The notes: a model not told the origin generated them from the sequence alone. 64,000 bases of DNA from Alphaproteobacteria bacterium (GCA_965228895.1 OZ245842.1:3744001-3808000); one strand, 5' to 3'. Positions 53,401-62,539 are shown, numbered from the stretch's first letter. Translations and numbers: made by a program.

Positions 53401-53675
53401 ACATGCAGGGTTTTGCCAGCGGTCTTGGCCAGGGCAGCCGTGTGCGTCAGGGTCAGGTGATCGGTTACGTCGGGAGCACCGGCATGTCGACGGGACCGCA
53501 TCTGCACTATGAAGTCATGGTGCATGACGAGCAGATCAATCCGCTCGACGTGAAGCTGCCCAGTGGCGAAAAACTTGGTGGCACCGAGCTGGCGGCGTTC
53601 CTGGAAGTTCGCGATGGGCTCGACGCCCAGTATGCCGAACTGCTGAGCGAACGTTATGTCGCCGGCACGCCCTGA
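50475..53675 (+). CDS. M23 family peptidoglycan DD-metalloendopeptidase (MepM-like) with six tandem LysM/OapA-like modules
   Basis: C-terminal ITSGFGMRDHP, HKGVDF (HxxxD), YAHM, GPHLHYE (HxH); six GDT(L/I)..(L/I)xxGQ-type modules; N-terminal signal/anchor. Confidence 0.92.
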   Translation: MIRRLAASLGLCSTIALTAGLTLNLGNNVVFADGTDEVSDRMVQALGGASGMTALRREVGRGDTLLEMLVSAGSSVSEADRVIDAMSNYFSPQRLQIGQVMTAVFDTQADESGIRLAAVSLSTTDGYVVANRTGDGGYVASLSNVPLEEALVVPLPEDSPDARIPTVSRLEVRRGDTLIRMVMRGGATRADGQAAIRALTELFDPTGLQVGQTLEMVMTPDIIAGHPVIASLSLSLDDGGFVVVERQPSGAFAARQSATAAPTGETDVQTENPIGPFLETLASGGAKIEQYRIASGDTLMDLMIKAGATVIDADRASRALATQYNERHLQIGQSLYVIMTPGPRGSGLHVLGMAILDAGEDGLVITQKADDGSDFVGYPGSDDLDVAMLATLLGEPAIDDDRDATRFDGGGLTIETLSLERGDTIMALLLRAGAERVEADRAIRAIREHLDPQRLQIGQEIRVTFDGVDSDNAQLVAVSIELDDNDFVQANRNGSSFVSRRTTAVLNPGLATTLQSQPGPNPTPIPEGDDQAGDDTVLASVDPEQLSAVFTPHVPPVTETESQQILSAAATQYWFELQDDDTLPSLLRILTRNGKEIDAVVDVIGNNYDLGDLGEGQQMIAITDDDGAGTHIIAVSLDAGDEETVVVVRQRDGGYQLRRASSHVDLADFRIAATDETQELDDGAATPAAVAAIWPDAPTDLTVETTAFGSGDTLMDVLLGLGVEQIEAHNAVEALRDVYNPRQIRAGQDMDVMLQDGALYGMMLRTAPGERVDVATGDDGFTARVVEMPLTATQVAAEGEITSSLYQAAVDAGVPPAVLADMIRAYSFDVDFQREIKVGDSFAILYEEHVDEDGNVVRYGSPTYAVLRVSGATLPIYRYTPESGFADYFNDLGESVRKALLRTPVDGARITSGFGMRDHPLLGYSRMHKGVDFGAAAGTPILAAGDGTIEFIGRNSGYGNYVRIRHNDTYKTAYAHMQGFASGLGQGSRVRQGQVIGYVGSTGMSTGPHLHYEVMVHDEQINPLDVKLPSGEKLGGTELAAFLEVRDGLDAQYAELLSERYVAGTP

Positions 53676-54297
53676 TCTGCTGCGCGACGGTCCAGCCGAC
53701 GCTTCCCTCACCGTTGTTCTGGCCCATGGCGCGGGCGCGCCCATGGACAGCCCTTTCATGGACGAGATGGCCGCCCGCCTGACCGGCGCAGACGCGGGTA
53801 TCGCCGTTGTCCGTTTCGAATTCCCCTATATGGCCAAACGCCGCGCCGAAGGCAGCCGCCGCCCACCCGATCGCGCGCCGATCCTGCTTGACTGCTGGCG
53901 CGAGATCATTTCGGACCTCGGCCCCGCAGAACGGCTGGTGATTGGCGGCAAGTCCATGGGCGGGCGCATGGCGAGCCTGATCGCCGATGAGACGAACGTC
54001 ACCGGTCTTCTTGTCTTCGGCTTTCCGTTTCACGCGCCGGGCAAGCCGCCGGGCGAGCGCATTGGTCATCTGGCGACCGTGAAAACGCCAACACTCATCG
54101 TTCAGGGAACGCGCGACACCATGGGCACGCGCGACGAGGTCGCGGACTACGCGCTGTCACCCGCCATCGATCTCTTGTGGATCGAAGACGGCGATCATTC
54201 CTTGAAACCGCGCAAAAAGAGCGGCTTCACGCCAGACGACGCCATGGAGACTGCTGTCCAGGGCGCCATTTCGTTCCTAAAGAATCTCGTCAGTTAG
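53656..54297 (+). CDS. Alpha/beta hydrolase (KANL3/Tex30-like)
   Basis: LAHGAGAPMDSPFM, GGKSMGGR, QGTRD, GDHSLKPRK. Confidence 0.9.
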   Translation: MSPARPDLLRDGPADASLTVVLAHGAGAPMDSPFMDEMAARLTGADAGIAVVRFEFPYMAKRRAEGSRRPPDRAPILLDCWREIISDLGPAERLVIGGKSMGGRMASLIADETNVTGLLVFGFPFHAPGKPPGERIGHLATVKTPTLIVQGTRDTMGTRDEVADYALSPAIDLLWIEDGDHSLKPRKKSGFTPDDAMETAVQGAISFLKNLVS

Positions 54298-54317
54298 GTA
54301 GTCCCTCGAACGCACGA

Positions 54318-54722
54318 TCAAGAAAGCTCGCGTGGATCGTCGATAAAGGTGTGGAGTTCGTCGTTTTGTGGCGTCGCTGTCAGCACCGTAACGCCGTCGG
54401 TCGACCGGAAACGATGCCAACAAGCCTGCGGCACCACGACGAGCATGCCGGGCGTCAGCGCCAAGGTCTGTTTCTGGTCGTCGACAATAATGTCGAACTC
54501 GGTCGACCCGGCGACGACCTGAACCAACTCGTCGCCCTTCATGTGGCGCTCCCAGCCGGCATTGCCGTCGAAGCTGCCCAGGAAGACGCCGCAATCCCGG
54601 AAATCGCCCGTGCCGAGTGTCGCGAAGGCCGCCATCACGTCCTCCTCGCTCGTGTCCGGGCCCCGATTCTTGATCGGCGTTAGACCGGCAACGGCTTCGT
54701 CAATCTTGATGGGTTTGATCAT
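54318..54722 (-). CDS. Cupin domain protein
   Basis: WERHMKGDELVQVVAG and GMLVVVPQACWHR cupin motifs. Confidence 0.85.
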   Translation of the reverse strand: MIKPIKIDEAVAGLTPIKNRGPDTSEEDVMAAFATLGTGDFRDCGVFLGSFDGNAGWERHMKGDELVQVVAGSTEFDIIVDDQKQTLALTPGMLVVVPQACWHRFRSTDGVTVLTATPQNDELHTFIDDPRELS

Positions 54723-54761
54723 GTCCTCTTCCTCCGGGCGTCGTGGCCGTTGTTTTCAAGA

Positions 54762-54779
54762 ATGATATTATAATATCAT
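54762..54779. promoter_or_regulatory. Operator palindrome between cupin and XRE regulator
   Basis: ATGATATTATAATATCAT perfect 18-bp palindrome in an AT-rich divergent intergenic region. Confidence 0.7.
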
Positions 54780-54854
54780 AGAGTGTATGATATGGTAAAC
54801 TATGATTATTTCAGACTTGGTCACCGGAGCCCTTCGTCATGCCACCTAATCCTA

Positions 54855-55459
54855 TGGTCGTCTCGCAGAAGGGCAACGAGGTTAACGACAACGGGCCTTC
54901 CCAGACGCCGCTTGATCTTGGCGCGCGCGTCCGAGAATTGCGCACGGAGCGCGGCTGGAGTCTGGACGAGGCGGCTGCGCAAACCGGCGTGTCGCGCTCG
55001 TCTCTCTATAAGATTGAAAAAGGCAAGATGTCGCCGACCTTCGATGCGCTCAGGAAACTCGCCGAGGGCTTCGGGATCGCCATCCAGCAGCTCCTGGTGG
55101 CGCCGGGCGACCGGCGCGCGGCAAGCCGGCGCTGCATCACCCGCCGCGACGGCAAGCCGCGTTACGAAACCATGAACTACGTCTATCTGCCGCTGGCCGA
55201 GGATCTCGCCCACAAGGCCATTCTACCGTTTGAGCTTATCGTCCGCGCACGCTCCCTCGACGAGTACGAGGACTGGGACCGTCACGACACCGAGGACTTC
55301 GTGCGTGTGCTGTCGGGTACCCTGGTGATCTACACGGAGTTCTATGAGCCCGTCACGCTGCAGGCCGGCGACAGCATCTATTACGACGGACGTATGGGGC
55401 ATGCCTGTGTCTCCCAGGGCGAGACCGACGCGGTCGCGCTTTGGGTCAGCTCCACCTGA
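54855..55459 (+). CDS. XRE-family HTH regulator with C-terminal cupin
   Basis: LGARVRELRTERGWSLDEAAAQTGVSRSSLYKIEKGKMSPT; GDSIYYDGRMGH. Confidence 0.92.
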
Positions 55460-55514
55460 GACCGTCATGACGTCCTCTATCGCGGCATCGACGCGGCAGG
55501 GTTAGACTGCGGCC

Positions 55515-56333
55515 ATGTCTTGGTTCGATTCCCTTGATGATGCCGTTGCCCTGATCAAACCGGGCATGTCGGTTGCCGTGCCGCCGGAGTACTGCGGCGT
55601 CGCGATCGCCGCGACCCATGCACTCGTTCGCCATGGGACCGGCGACCTTCATCTGATTGCGGTGCCCCAGTCCGGCTTGCAGGCGGATCTTCTGATCGGC
55701 GCCGGCCTGGTCGCGACCATGGAGGCGGCCGCTGTCACCCTGGGCGAGGCCGGGCCTGCGCCGTGTTTCTCGCGCGCCGTGACCTCCGGCGCCATCCGTA
55801 TGCTCGACGCCACGTGCCCGGCTATCCACGCCGGGCTTCAAGCGTCGGAGAAGGGCATCCCCTTCATGCCCCTCAGGGGCATCCTGGAAACCGACGTGCT
55901 GGCCAACCGTCAGGACTGGCAGGTCAGCGACAATCCGTTCGGCAAGGACGACCCGGTGGTGCTGATCCCCGCGATCCGGCCGGATGTCGCGCTGTTTCAT
56001 TGCGAAAAGGCGGACAGCGCCGGCAATGTCTGGATCGGTCGCCGGCGCGAACTCGCCGTCATGGCGCATGCCGCGGCCACCACCATCGTGACGGTCGAAG
56101 AGGTTCATGACGGCGACCTGTTCGACGACGACACGATCGCCGCGGGCGCACTGTCGTCACTCTTCGTCGATGCGGTGGTGCACGTTCCCGGAGGCGCCCG
56201 CCCACTTGCCATGCCCGGCTATTACGACCGCGACGCCGCAGCCATCGGCGACTACGCCACCGCCGCGCGCTCGCCGGAGGGATTTGCCGCCTATCTCAGA
56301 GAATACGTGCTGCAGGACAAAGTGCCGGCGTGA
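55515..56333 (+). CDS. Family I CoA-transferase alpha subunit (GctA/CatI-like)
   Basis: IHAGLQASEKGIPFMPLRG, NPFG..VVLIPAIRPDVALFH..ADSAGNV, TIVTVEEV. Confidence 0.85.
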   Translation: MSWFDSLDDAVALIKPGMSVAVPPEYCGVAIAATHALVRHGTGDLHLIAVPQSGLQADLLIGAGLVATMEAAAVTLGEAGPAPCFSRAVTSGAIRMLDATCPAIHAGLQASEKGIPFMPLRGILETDVLANRQDWQVSDNPFGKDDPVVLIPAIRPDVALFHCEKADSAGNVWIGRRRELAVMAHAAATTIVTVEEVHDGDLFDDDTIAAGALSSLFVDAVVHVPGGARPLAMPGYYDRDAAAIGDYATAARSPEGFAAYLREYVLQDKVPA

Positions 56334-57064
56334 GCGACGCGGGCTTTTCCACCACCGAACTGCTGATCGCCACGCTGGCGCGCCGGCTTCAGGGATCGCG
56401 CCGTGTCGCGGTCGGTGCAGGATCGCCCATCCCAGGCTCGGCCGCCTTCCTGGCACGCGCACTCGGGCTCGGTGTCGAGCACATCACCGTGCTCGGTAGC
56501 CGCCTCAACAACGACTTCTCCGACGGCGGGCGCGAACTCTTCGACCGCGCCGCCCAGGGCCGCATCGATGCGTTCTTTCTGGGCGGCGCTCAGATCGACG
56601 GCAGCGCCAACATCAACCTGGTCGGCGTCGGCGACTATCCCGACAGCACGGTGCGCTTTGCCGGTTCTTTCGGCTCGTCCTATCTCTACTTCCTGATTCC
56701 CAAAATCATCCTGTTTCGCGAGGAGCACAGCCCGCGCACCCTGGTGCCCAAGGTCGACTTCGTCAGCGCGCCCGGGACGACAGCCGCCGGCACCTACCGC
56801 CCCGGCGGCCCGACGGCGCTGGTCACCGGCCGTTGCGTCTTCGCCTTCGATCGCGCTGACGGCCGTTTCACGCTTGAGAGCGTCCATCCCGGGCACGACG
56901 CGGATGAGATCAGGCAGGAAACCGGCTTCACCTATGACGCGCCCGCCGAAGTCGCGATCACCCAAGCGCCCTCGCCTGCCATGCTCACCGCCATACGCGG
57001 CCCGGTGCGCGACCAAATCGCCGAGACCTATCCGGCCTTTGCAGAGACGCTTGGGACGGCTTAG
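56330..57064 (+). CDS. Family I CoA-transferase beta subunit (GctB/CatJ-like), canonical Glu apparently absent
   Basis: FFLGGAQIDGSANIN, RFAGSFGS, KVDFVS, SVHPG..TGF; GTGA overlap with alpha gene. Confidence 0.85.
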   Translation: MSDAGFSTTELLIATLARRLQGSRRVAVGAGSPIPGSAAFLARALGLGVEHITVLGSRLNNDFSDGGRELFDRAAQGRIDAFFLGGAQIDGSANINLVGVGDYPDSTVRFAGSFGSSYLYFLIPKIILFREEHSPRTLVPKVDFVSAPGTTAAGTYRPGGPTALVTGRCVFAFDRADGRFTLESVHPGHDADEIRQETGFTYDAPAEVAITQAPSPAMLTAIRGPVRDQIAETYPAFAETLGTA

Positions 57065-57087
57065 TCTGCGCGGTGTGGGGGAAGCAC

Positions 57088-58002
57088 ATGTCCGCGCTCA
57101 ACGATCGCCTGGATACCGGCGACATTGTCTTTATCGACGGCGGTATGGGAACCGAGCTGGAGCGCCGCGGTGTCGTAATGGACGATCAGGCGTGGGCCGG
57201 TGCGGCGATGCGTGACCACCCCGACGTGATCAAGGACATCCATCGCGACTTCATCGACGCCGGCGCCGATATCATCATCGCCAACACCTATGCCGCCGCA
57301 CCGCACGTGCTGGAACATGCAGGCCTCGCCGGCGAAGCCGGCGCGCTCAACCTGCTGGCCTGCCGGCTGGCACGCGAGGCCGCCGACGAAGCCGGCGTGG
57401 TGCGCGACCTCTATGTCGCCGGGTCGATGTCGAGCTTCCGCGCCGGTCTCGACCTCGACAAACTGCCGTCGGAAAAGGTCGCGCGTGCCAGCTATCATGA
57501 ACAGGCCATGCGGCTGGCGGAAGGCGGCGTCGACTTTCTGATCGCCGAGATGATGCTGGACCCGGTCATCACCGAATACTGTGTCTCGGCCGCCGCCGAG
57601 ACGGGCCTGCCGCTGTGGGTCGGGTTCAGCGCGCGGCTCGGCGATGACGGCCGCGTGCTCGGCTTCCACAAACACGCCGACGACCCCCTGGAAGAAACCG
57701 TCAAGGTCGCGCTGGCGCACAACCCGGAAGCCTGCGGCATCATGCACAGCGATGTGTCAGCCACGGTACCGGCGCTCGACGAACTGAAGAAGCACTGGCA
57801 GGGCACGTTGTTCGCCTATCCCCATTCGGGCGAATTCATCATGCCGCACTGGCAGTTCGATACGGTGATAGCCACGGATGCCTATGTCGAAGAAGCCAAG
57901 CGCTACATCGACATGGGCGTACACGCCATCGGCGGCTGCTGCGGCATGGGCCCCGACCACATCCGCGCGCTGAAAGACGGCCTGCCGGGTTTTGTCGTCT
58001 AA
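57088..58002 (+). CDS. Homocysteine S-methyltransferase family protein
   Basis: IDGGMGTELERRG, IHRDFIDAGADIIIANTY, VAGSMS, IGGCCGMGPDHI. Confidence 0.9.
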   Translation: MSALNDRLDTGDIVFIDGGMGTELERRGVVMDDQAWAGAAMRDHPDVIKDIHRDFIDAGADIIIANTYAAAPHVLEHAGLAGEAGALNLLACRLAREAADEAGVVRDLYVAGSMSSFRAGLDLDKLPSEKVARASYHEQAMRLAEGGVDFLIAEMMLDPVITEYCVSAAAETGLPLWVGFSARLGDDGRVLGFHKHADDPLEETVKVALAHNPEACGIMHSDVSATVPALDELKKHWQGTLFAYPHSGEFIMPHWQFDTVIATDAYVEEAKRYIDMGVHAIGGCCGMGPDHIRALKDGLPGFVV

Positions 58003-58036
58003 TCGTCGCATTGTCATTTCGAAAGCGCTGACGCGC

Positions 58037-58150
58037 ACCCCTCACCCCCGCCCTCTCCCTCAAGGGGAGAGGGAGGCCCGGTTCGCGTTTCCCTCCCCCC
58101 TTGAGGGAGAGGGCGGGGCCCGTCGCGCTAGCGAGGGGAGGGTGAGGGGT
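58037..58150. repeat. Palindromic intergenic repeat (REP/MITE-like, alphaproteobacterial type)
   Basis: Terminal inverted ACCCCTCACCC/GGGTGAGGGGT with internal CCCTCTCCC-TCAAG-GGGAGAGGG hairpin and its inverted copy; between convergent genes. Confidence 0.75.
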
Positions 58151-58161
58151 TTTCTCACCTG

Positions 58162-59367
58162 CTACCGCGTCTCGCGCCGCCGCCTGAAGTAGGCCACCAG
58201 CGGCAGTGGCAAGAACGCCAGATAAAAGAGCGCGACGACAAAGGGCAGACCGTGGGGATTCCACAGGTCGATGGCGATACCGGAGATTGCCGGGCCCATG
58301 AAAGAGCCGATGCCGAACATAAAGCCGAAGACGGCGGTGGCCGAGGGCAGGTCGGCGCCGCGGAAACGCTCGCCCAGCAGCATGACAGCCAGCCCGTAGT
58401 GGCCGGCACGCAGGCCGCCGAAGATCATCAGATAGATCGGCGCCAGGATGATGCCCATCTCGGTGATCCAGGGCAGCGCCAGCGTCGCGACGGCGCCCAG
58501 GCCGACAAACCAGGCCAGCAGCAGCGTGCGGTTCATGCGGTCGGCGAGGTAGCCGATCAGGAGCGGCATGATGACGCCGCCCCAGCCCATCCAGCCGACC
58601 ATGCGCGCCGCCGGCCCCTCCTCCATCGCCAGGCGCAGGCCATAGACCGCCAGCAGCAGCATCAACGAGCTGGCGATCATGGCGAAGAACAGGTTGGAGA
58701 ACATCGGCACCGGCGCCAGGCGGACATATTGCGGTAGCCGCACCGACGGCCGCCCGGCGGCGTCGATTCGGTCCCCCAGACTCGCGAATAGCGGCACGAT
58801 GATAATCGCGATGATGCCGGTGGCGGCAACAAACGGCATCATGCCGATCGAGCCGACTTCGGCCTGCAGAAACGGTCCCACCGCGAAACCGGCGGCGATG
58901 GCGCTGATGAAGAAGCTGATCGTACGACCCCGGCTCTTGTCGTCGCTGGCGTGGTTGACCCAGGTCTCGCCGGTCGTCCACATGATCGATTGCGCCATGC
59001 CCATGATGAAGCGCAGCGGAAACCACACCCACACATTGACAAAGACGCCCATCGCCAGGATTGAGGCCAGCGCCAGCACCGCGCCGATCATCATCATGCG
59101 TGCCGGACCCAGACGGCGCATCGCCCACGGCAGAATGGGAATGATGGCGAGGATGCCGAGCATCTGCACCGACCCATTGAAGCCGATCAGAGAACCGCTG
59201 ACGCCCTGATCTTCCAGCACGATCGACAGCAACGGACCGGTATAGCCATAGAACATCGCCATGCCGGTCATGCTGGCGATCACCACGATCAGACTGCGCC
59301 GGCGCGCACCGGCGCTCAGCGCAGGCCCGGTCCCTTCCGATGGCGCATCGGCGTCTGGCGCGGTCAA
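58162..59367 (-). CDS. MFS transporter (YcaD-like)
   Basis: About 12 hydrophobic segments; LRFIMG..ETWVN..RGR, IGYLADRMNR, GSFMGP. Confidence 0.9.
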   Translation of the reverse strand: MTAPDADAPSEGTGPALSAGARRRSLIVVIASMTGMAMFYGYTGPLLSIVLEDQGVSGSLIGFNGSVQMLGILAIIPILPWAMRRLGPARMMMIGAVLALASILAMGVFVNVWVWFPLRFIMGMAQSIMWTTGETWVNHASDDKSRGRTISFFISAIAAGFAVGPFLQAEVGSIGMMPFVAATGIIAIIIVPLFASLGDRIDAAGRPSVRLPQYVRLAPVPMFSNLFFAMIASSLMLLLAVYGLRLAMEEGPAARMVGWMGWGGVIMPLLIGYLADRMNRTLLLAWFVGLGAVATLALPWITEMGIILAPIYLMIFGGLRAGHYGLAVMLLGERFRGADLPSATAVFGFMFGIGSFMGPAISGIAIDLWNPHGLPFVVALFYLAFLPLPLVAYFRRRRETR

Positions 59368-59517
59368 GGTCGATCACCTCTGGTGGTTTCGAGGGTGGGC
59401 AGCGGCGGATGCCGCGCCTGCATTCGTGATCGCATCGGCGCAGAAGGCCGAACCGGAATCGCTTAGCACGATCCGGCGCCGCGGTGTTGTGAAATTGCGC
59501 GAAGGAAGAAGGCCCGG

Positions 59518-60531
59518 TCAGACGGCCTCTGCACCCCGCGTGCCGAAACGTTTGCGATAGTCGACCGGCGCAATGCCGGTTTGGCGCACAAAGGCGCGGC
59601 GCATGCGCTCGTCATCCTGAAACCCGCTTTGCCGCGCGACCTCCGCGATGGCGGTCGCCTCCGCGATCAGGAGTCGTTTGGCCGCTTCGACGCGCATCGC
59701 CTCGACCGCCTTGGCGGGCGTCACGCCGAAGCGCTGGCGGTAGACGCGCGCGAAGTTGCGCGGGCTCATGCCGGCCTTGTCGGCCAGGTTCTCGACCCGC
59801 AGATCGCCGGCGATGTTGTCGCGCATCCACACGTGCAAACCGTTGAGGGTGTCGGTGGGGTCGGCGGCCTGGGCGGCGAGCGTTTCGGAGAATTGCGACT
59901 GGCCGCCGGGCCGCTTCAGATAGACCACCAGCCGGCGGGCCACTTCCAACGCGAGGTCGTGGCCGAAATCCTCCTCGACCATGGCAAGCGCCATGTCGAT
60001 GCCGGCGGTAACGCCGGCCGACGTCCAGACATCGCCGTCGCGCACGAAGATTGCGTCTTCCTCGATGTCGAGATCGGGGTGTTCGTGCTTAAGCCGCTCG
60101 CACCAGTGCCAGTGGGTAACGACGCGGCGCCCCTTCAGCAAGCCCGCCGCCGCCGGCAGGAACGTCCCCATACAGGTCGTGCCGAACCGTCGCGCGCGCG
60201 GACCTTCACGCGTTATCCAGTCGAGCATCGCGGGGTCTTTTGCCGCGTCGAAGACGCCGAAACCGCCGGCAATCAACAGCGTGTCGATCGGTTCGGCGCT
60301 CGCCTCCTCCAGCGTCACCGACCCCAGCGAGACGCCGCCATCGGCCTCGATCAGGCCGCCGTCCTTCGACGCAATGGTGATGCGATAGCCGGTCGGCCCG
60401 CCGTCATAGGGCCGGGCCGCCGTGCTGAACACCTCGGCCGGGCCGGTGGCGTCGAGCAAGGTCACCTCCGGATAGACGACAATGACCACCCGCCGGACCT
60501 CGCCGCTTACTTTGGCAGGAAATGAGGACAT
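59518..60531 (-). CDS. GlxA-family AraC regulator with DJ-1/PfpI domain
   Basis: LLDATGPAEVF, TCMG, WTSAGVTAGID, RPGGQSQFS, GMSPRNFAR; real start far downstream of the 777-aa track ORF start. Confidence 0.93.
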   Translation of the reverse strand: MSSFPAKVSGEVRRVVIVVYPEVTLLDATGPAEVFSTAARPYDGGPTGYRITIASKDGGLIEADGGVSLGSVTLEEASAEPIDTLLIAGGFGVFDAAKDPAMLDWITREGPRARRFGTTCMGTFLPAAAGLLKGRRVVTHWHWCERLKHEHPDLDIEEDAIFVRDGDVWTSAGVTAGIDMALAMVEEDFGHDLALEVARRLVVYLKRPGGQSQFSETLAAQAADPTDTLNGLHVWMRDNIAGDLRVENLADKAGMSPRNFARVYRQRFGVTPAKAVEAMRVEAAKRLLIAEATAIAEVARQSGFQDDERMRRAFVRQTGIAPVDYRKRFGTRGAEAV

Positions 60532-60645
60532 AATGTCATTTATGCCATGGCCAGGTCCGATGTACCAGTCTTGCCCGGCCCGTCTTGTCATGGTGGCAAG
60601 ATTTCTCTCCTTCGGCGCGCGATTTGGCGCAGGATGCGGATCGTT

Positions 60646-61875
60646 ATGACAGCACAGCACGCCCCCTCTCGTTTCCTGCCCTGGCTGGTCGTCGGGTTCG
60701 GCTTCCTGGTGCTGGCCGTCGGCTATTCCGGCCGCGCGACGCTTGGACTGGTCATGCCGACGCTGGAAGAAGAGATGGGCTGGACGCGGACGTTCCTCTC
60801 CAGCATCGCCGCGGCGTCTTTGGTGGTGATGGCGGTTCTGGCGCCGCTCGCCGGCCGCCTGGTCGACCGCAAGGGGCCGCGCATGGTGCTGGTCGTCGGC
60901 ATGGTCGCGGTCGGCATCGGCTCCATCGCAGTGGGCATCAGCGAGGGGCCGATCATCTTTGTCATCGCGTTCGCCGGTATCTTCGCCATCGGTCAGGGCA
61001 TTGCGGCGATGCACGTGGTCTCGACCTCGATCGCCCAGACCGTCAAACAGCATGTCGGTCTTGCCACCGGTATCGCCACATCCGGTGCGACGGCCGGTCA
61101 GATCCTTTTCGTACCGCTTGTCGCCGCCATCCTGGTCATTGCCGACTGGCGCGCCTGTTTCATCGCCATCGGCATCATTTGCCTGATCCTGGTGCCGTTC
61201 CTGTGGCGCTACATGCCGGCGGGCCTGAACGACGGCAACGCTGAAAGCGAAACCAACGCGCCGTCGTTGGGCAGCGATCTCGGCTACATCATCCGTCGGC
61301 CGGCGTTCCATATCCTGTTCTGGAGTTTCTTTATCTGCGGCTACACGACGACCGGCGTGATTGAGACTCACTTCCTGCCGTTCGCCTCGTTCTGTGGCTT
61401 CGGACCGGTGCCCAGTGCGACGGCCTTCGGCATCCTGTCGGCGGTCAACCTGGCGGGCATGGTGCTGGCCGGCTGGCTGACCGACCGTATGAACCGCCCG
61501 CTGCTGCTGGGTATGATCTACATCATCCGCGGCTTTTCTTTTCTGCTGCTCCTCGACATGGGCGCCGACTACACCACGCTCATTTTGTTCGCCGTCCTGT
61601 TCGGCACCGTCGACTATTCGACCGTGCCGGTGACGGCAAGCCTGGTCGAAAGCCATATCGGCCTGCATGTCATGGGCTTGTCCATGGGCCTGATTTCGGG
61701 CGGCCACGCCATCGGCGCGGCGCTCGGCGCCTTCATGGGCGGCTACCTGTTCGATCTTTACGCCCAGTACGAATGGGTCTGGCTCAGCTCCCTGGCACTC
61801 GCCGTGTTCGCCGGTCTGATGGTCTTCATCATCCGCGACCGTCCGCCGCAACTGGCCCCTCAGCCGGCTACCTGA
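60646..61875 (+). CDS. MFS transporter (OFA/MCT-like)
   Basis: AGRLVDRKGPR motif A, GLATGIATSG..GQ, WSFFICG, GWLTDRMNR. Confidence 0.92.
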   Translation: MTAQHAPSRFLPWLVVGFGFLVLAVGYSGRATLGLVMPTLEEEMGWTRTFLSSIAAASLVVMAVLAPLAGRLVDRKGPRMVLVVGMVAVGIGSIAVGISEGPIIFVIAFAGIFAIGQGIAAMHVVSTSIAQTVKQHVGLATGIATSGATAGQILFVPLVAAILVIADWRACFIAIGIICLILVPFLWRYMPAGLNDGNAESETNAPSLGSDLGYIIRRPAFHILFWSFFICGYTTTGVIETHFLPFASFCGFGPVPSATAFGILSAVNLAGMVLAGWLTDRMNRPLLLGMIYIIRGFSFLLLLDMGADYTTLILFAVLFGTVDYSTVPVTASLVESHIGLHVMGLSMGLISGGHAIGAALGAFMGGYLFDLYAQYEWVWLSSLALAVFAGLMVFIIRDRPPQLAPQPAT

Positions 61876-62467
61876 CCGCGAGCCCTTCGATCACGGTCTC
61901 CAGCATGACATCCGCGTCGCGCGGGCCGAGTGAGCCGTGGCCCATGAGGAGACGGTAGAAGAGCGCGCCATAGATGAGATCGAGTGCGACCTCCAGGTCG
62001 ACATCGTCGCGCAGGTCGCCGGCAGCAACGGCCGCCTGAAGATAGGCGCGGCCCTCGTCGCGGCGCGCCTGGATGAAGTGGTTGCGGAACGCCTTGGCGA
62101 CCTCGGTATCCGAATCGGCGGACGCCAGGATCGAGGTCACGCCGCGCCCCAGCGCCGAGCCGAACAGCTTGGCGACTTGACGCAGTTGCTGTTTCAGGGC
62201 GCGCAGCGGATCCTGCGCTCGCGGCTTGGCCGCGGATGGTCCCGCAGCCTCCATCAACGCCGTCATCGCGACCTCGTAGCGGTTCGCCCAGTAGCGATAG
62301 ATCGTCGGCTTGCCGACGCCGGCGCGATGCGCGATGCCTTCCATGGTAACGGCTGTCAGGCCGCCCTCTTCCATCAGCGCACGTGTCGCCGACAGAATCG
62401 CGCGCCGCGCCTTCGCGCTTCGTGGCCTGCCCCGTTCACGCACGACCCCCGCCTGCGTCGACACCAT
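61868..62467 (-). CDS. TetR/AcrR family regulator
   Basis: RGRPRS..RRAILSAT..VTMEGIAHRAGVGKPTIYRYW; LIYGALFYRLL. Confidence 0.93.
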   Translation of the reverse strand: MVSTQAGVVRERGRPRSAKARRAILSATRALMEEGGLTAVTMEGIAHRAGVGKPTIYRYWANRYEVAMTALMEAAGPSAAKPRAQDPLRALKQQLRQVAKLFGSALGRGVTSILASADSDTEVAKAFRNHFIQARRDEGRAYLQAAVAAGDLRDDVDLEVALDLIYGALFYRLLMGHGSLGPRDADVMLETVIEGLAVR

Positions 62468-62485
62468 GTTGACAACCTCATCTGA

Positions 62486-62508
62486 TTACGTAACGATACG
62501 TAACGTAA
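62486..62508. promoter_or_regulatory. TetR operator
   Basis: TTACGTAACG-ATA-CGTAACGTAA near-perfect dyad between divergent TetR and VOC genes. Confidence 0.7.
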
Positions 62509-62539
62509 ATAATTATAGCTGGTTCTCGGGAGCAACGCC

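Noticed and set aside
59518-61851. 777-aa GlxA fusion suggested by the ORF track
   Set aside because: The N-terminal 440 aa are the antisense of the MFS gene at 60646..61875; the regulator domain starts near 60531.
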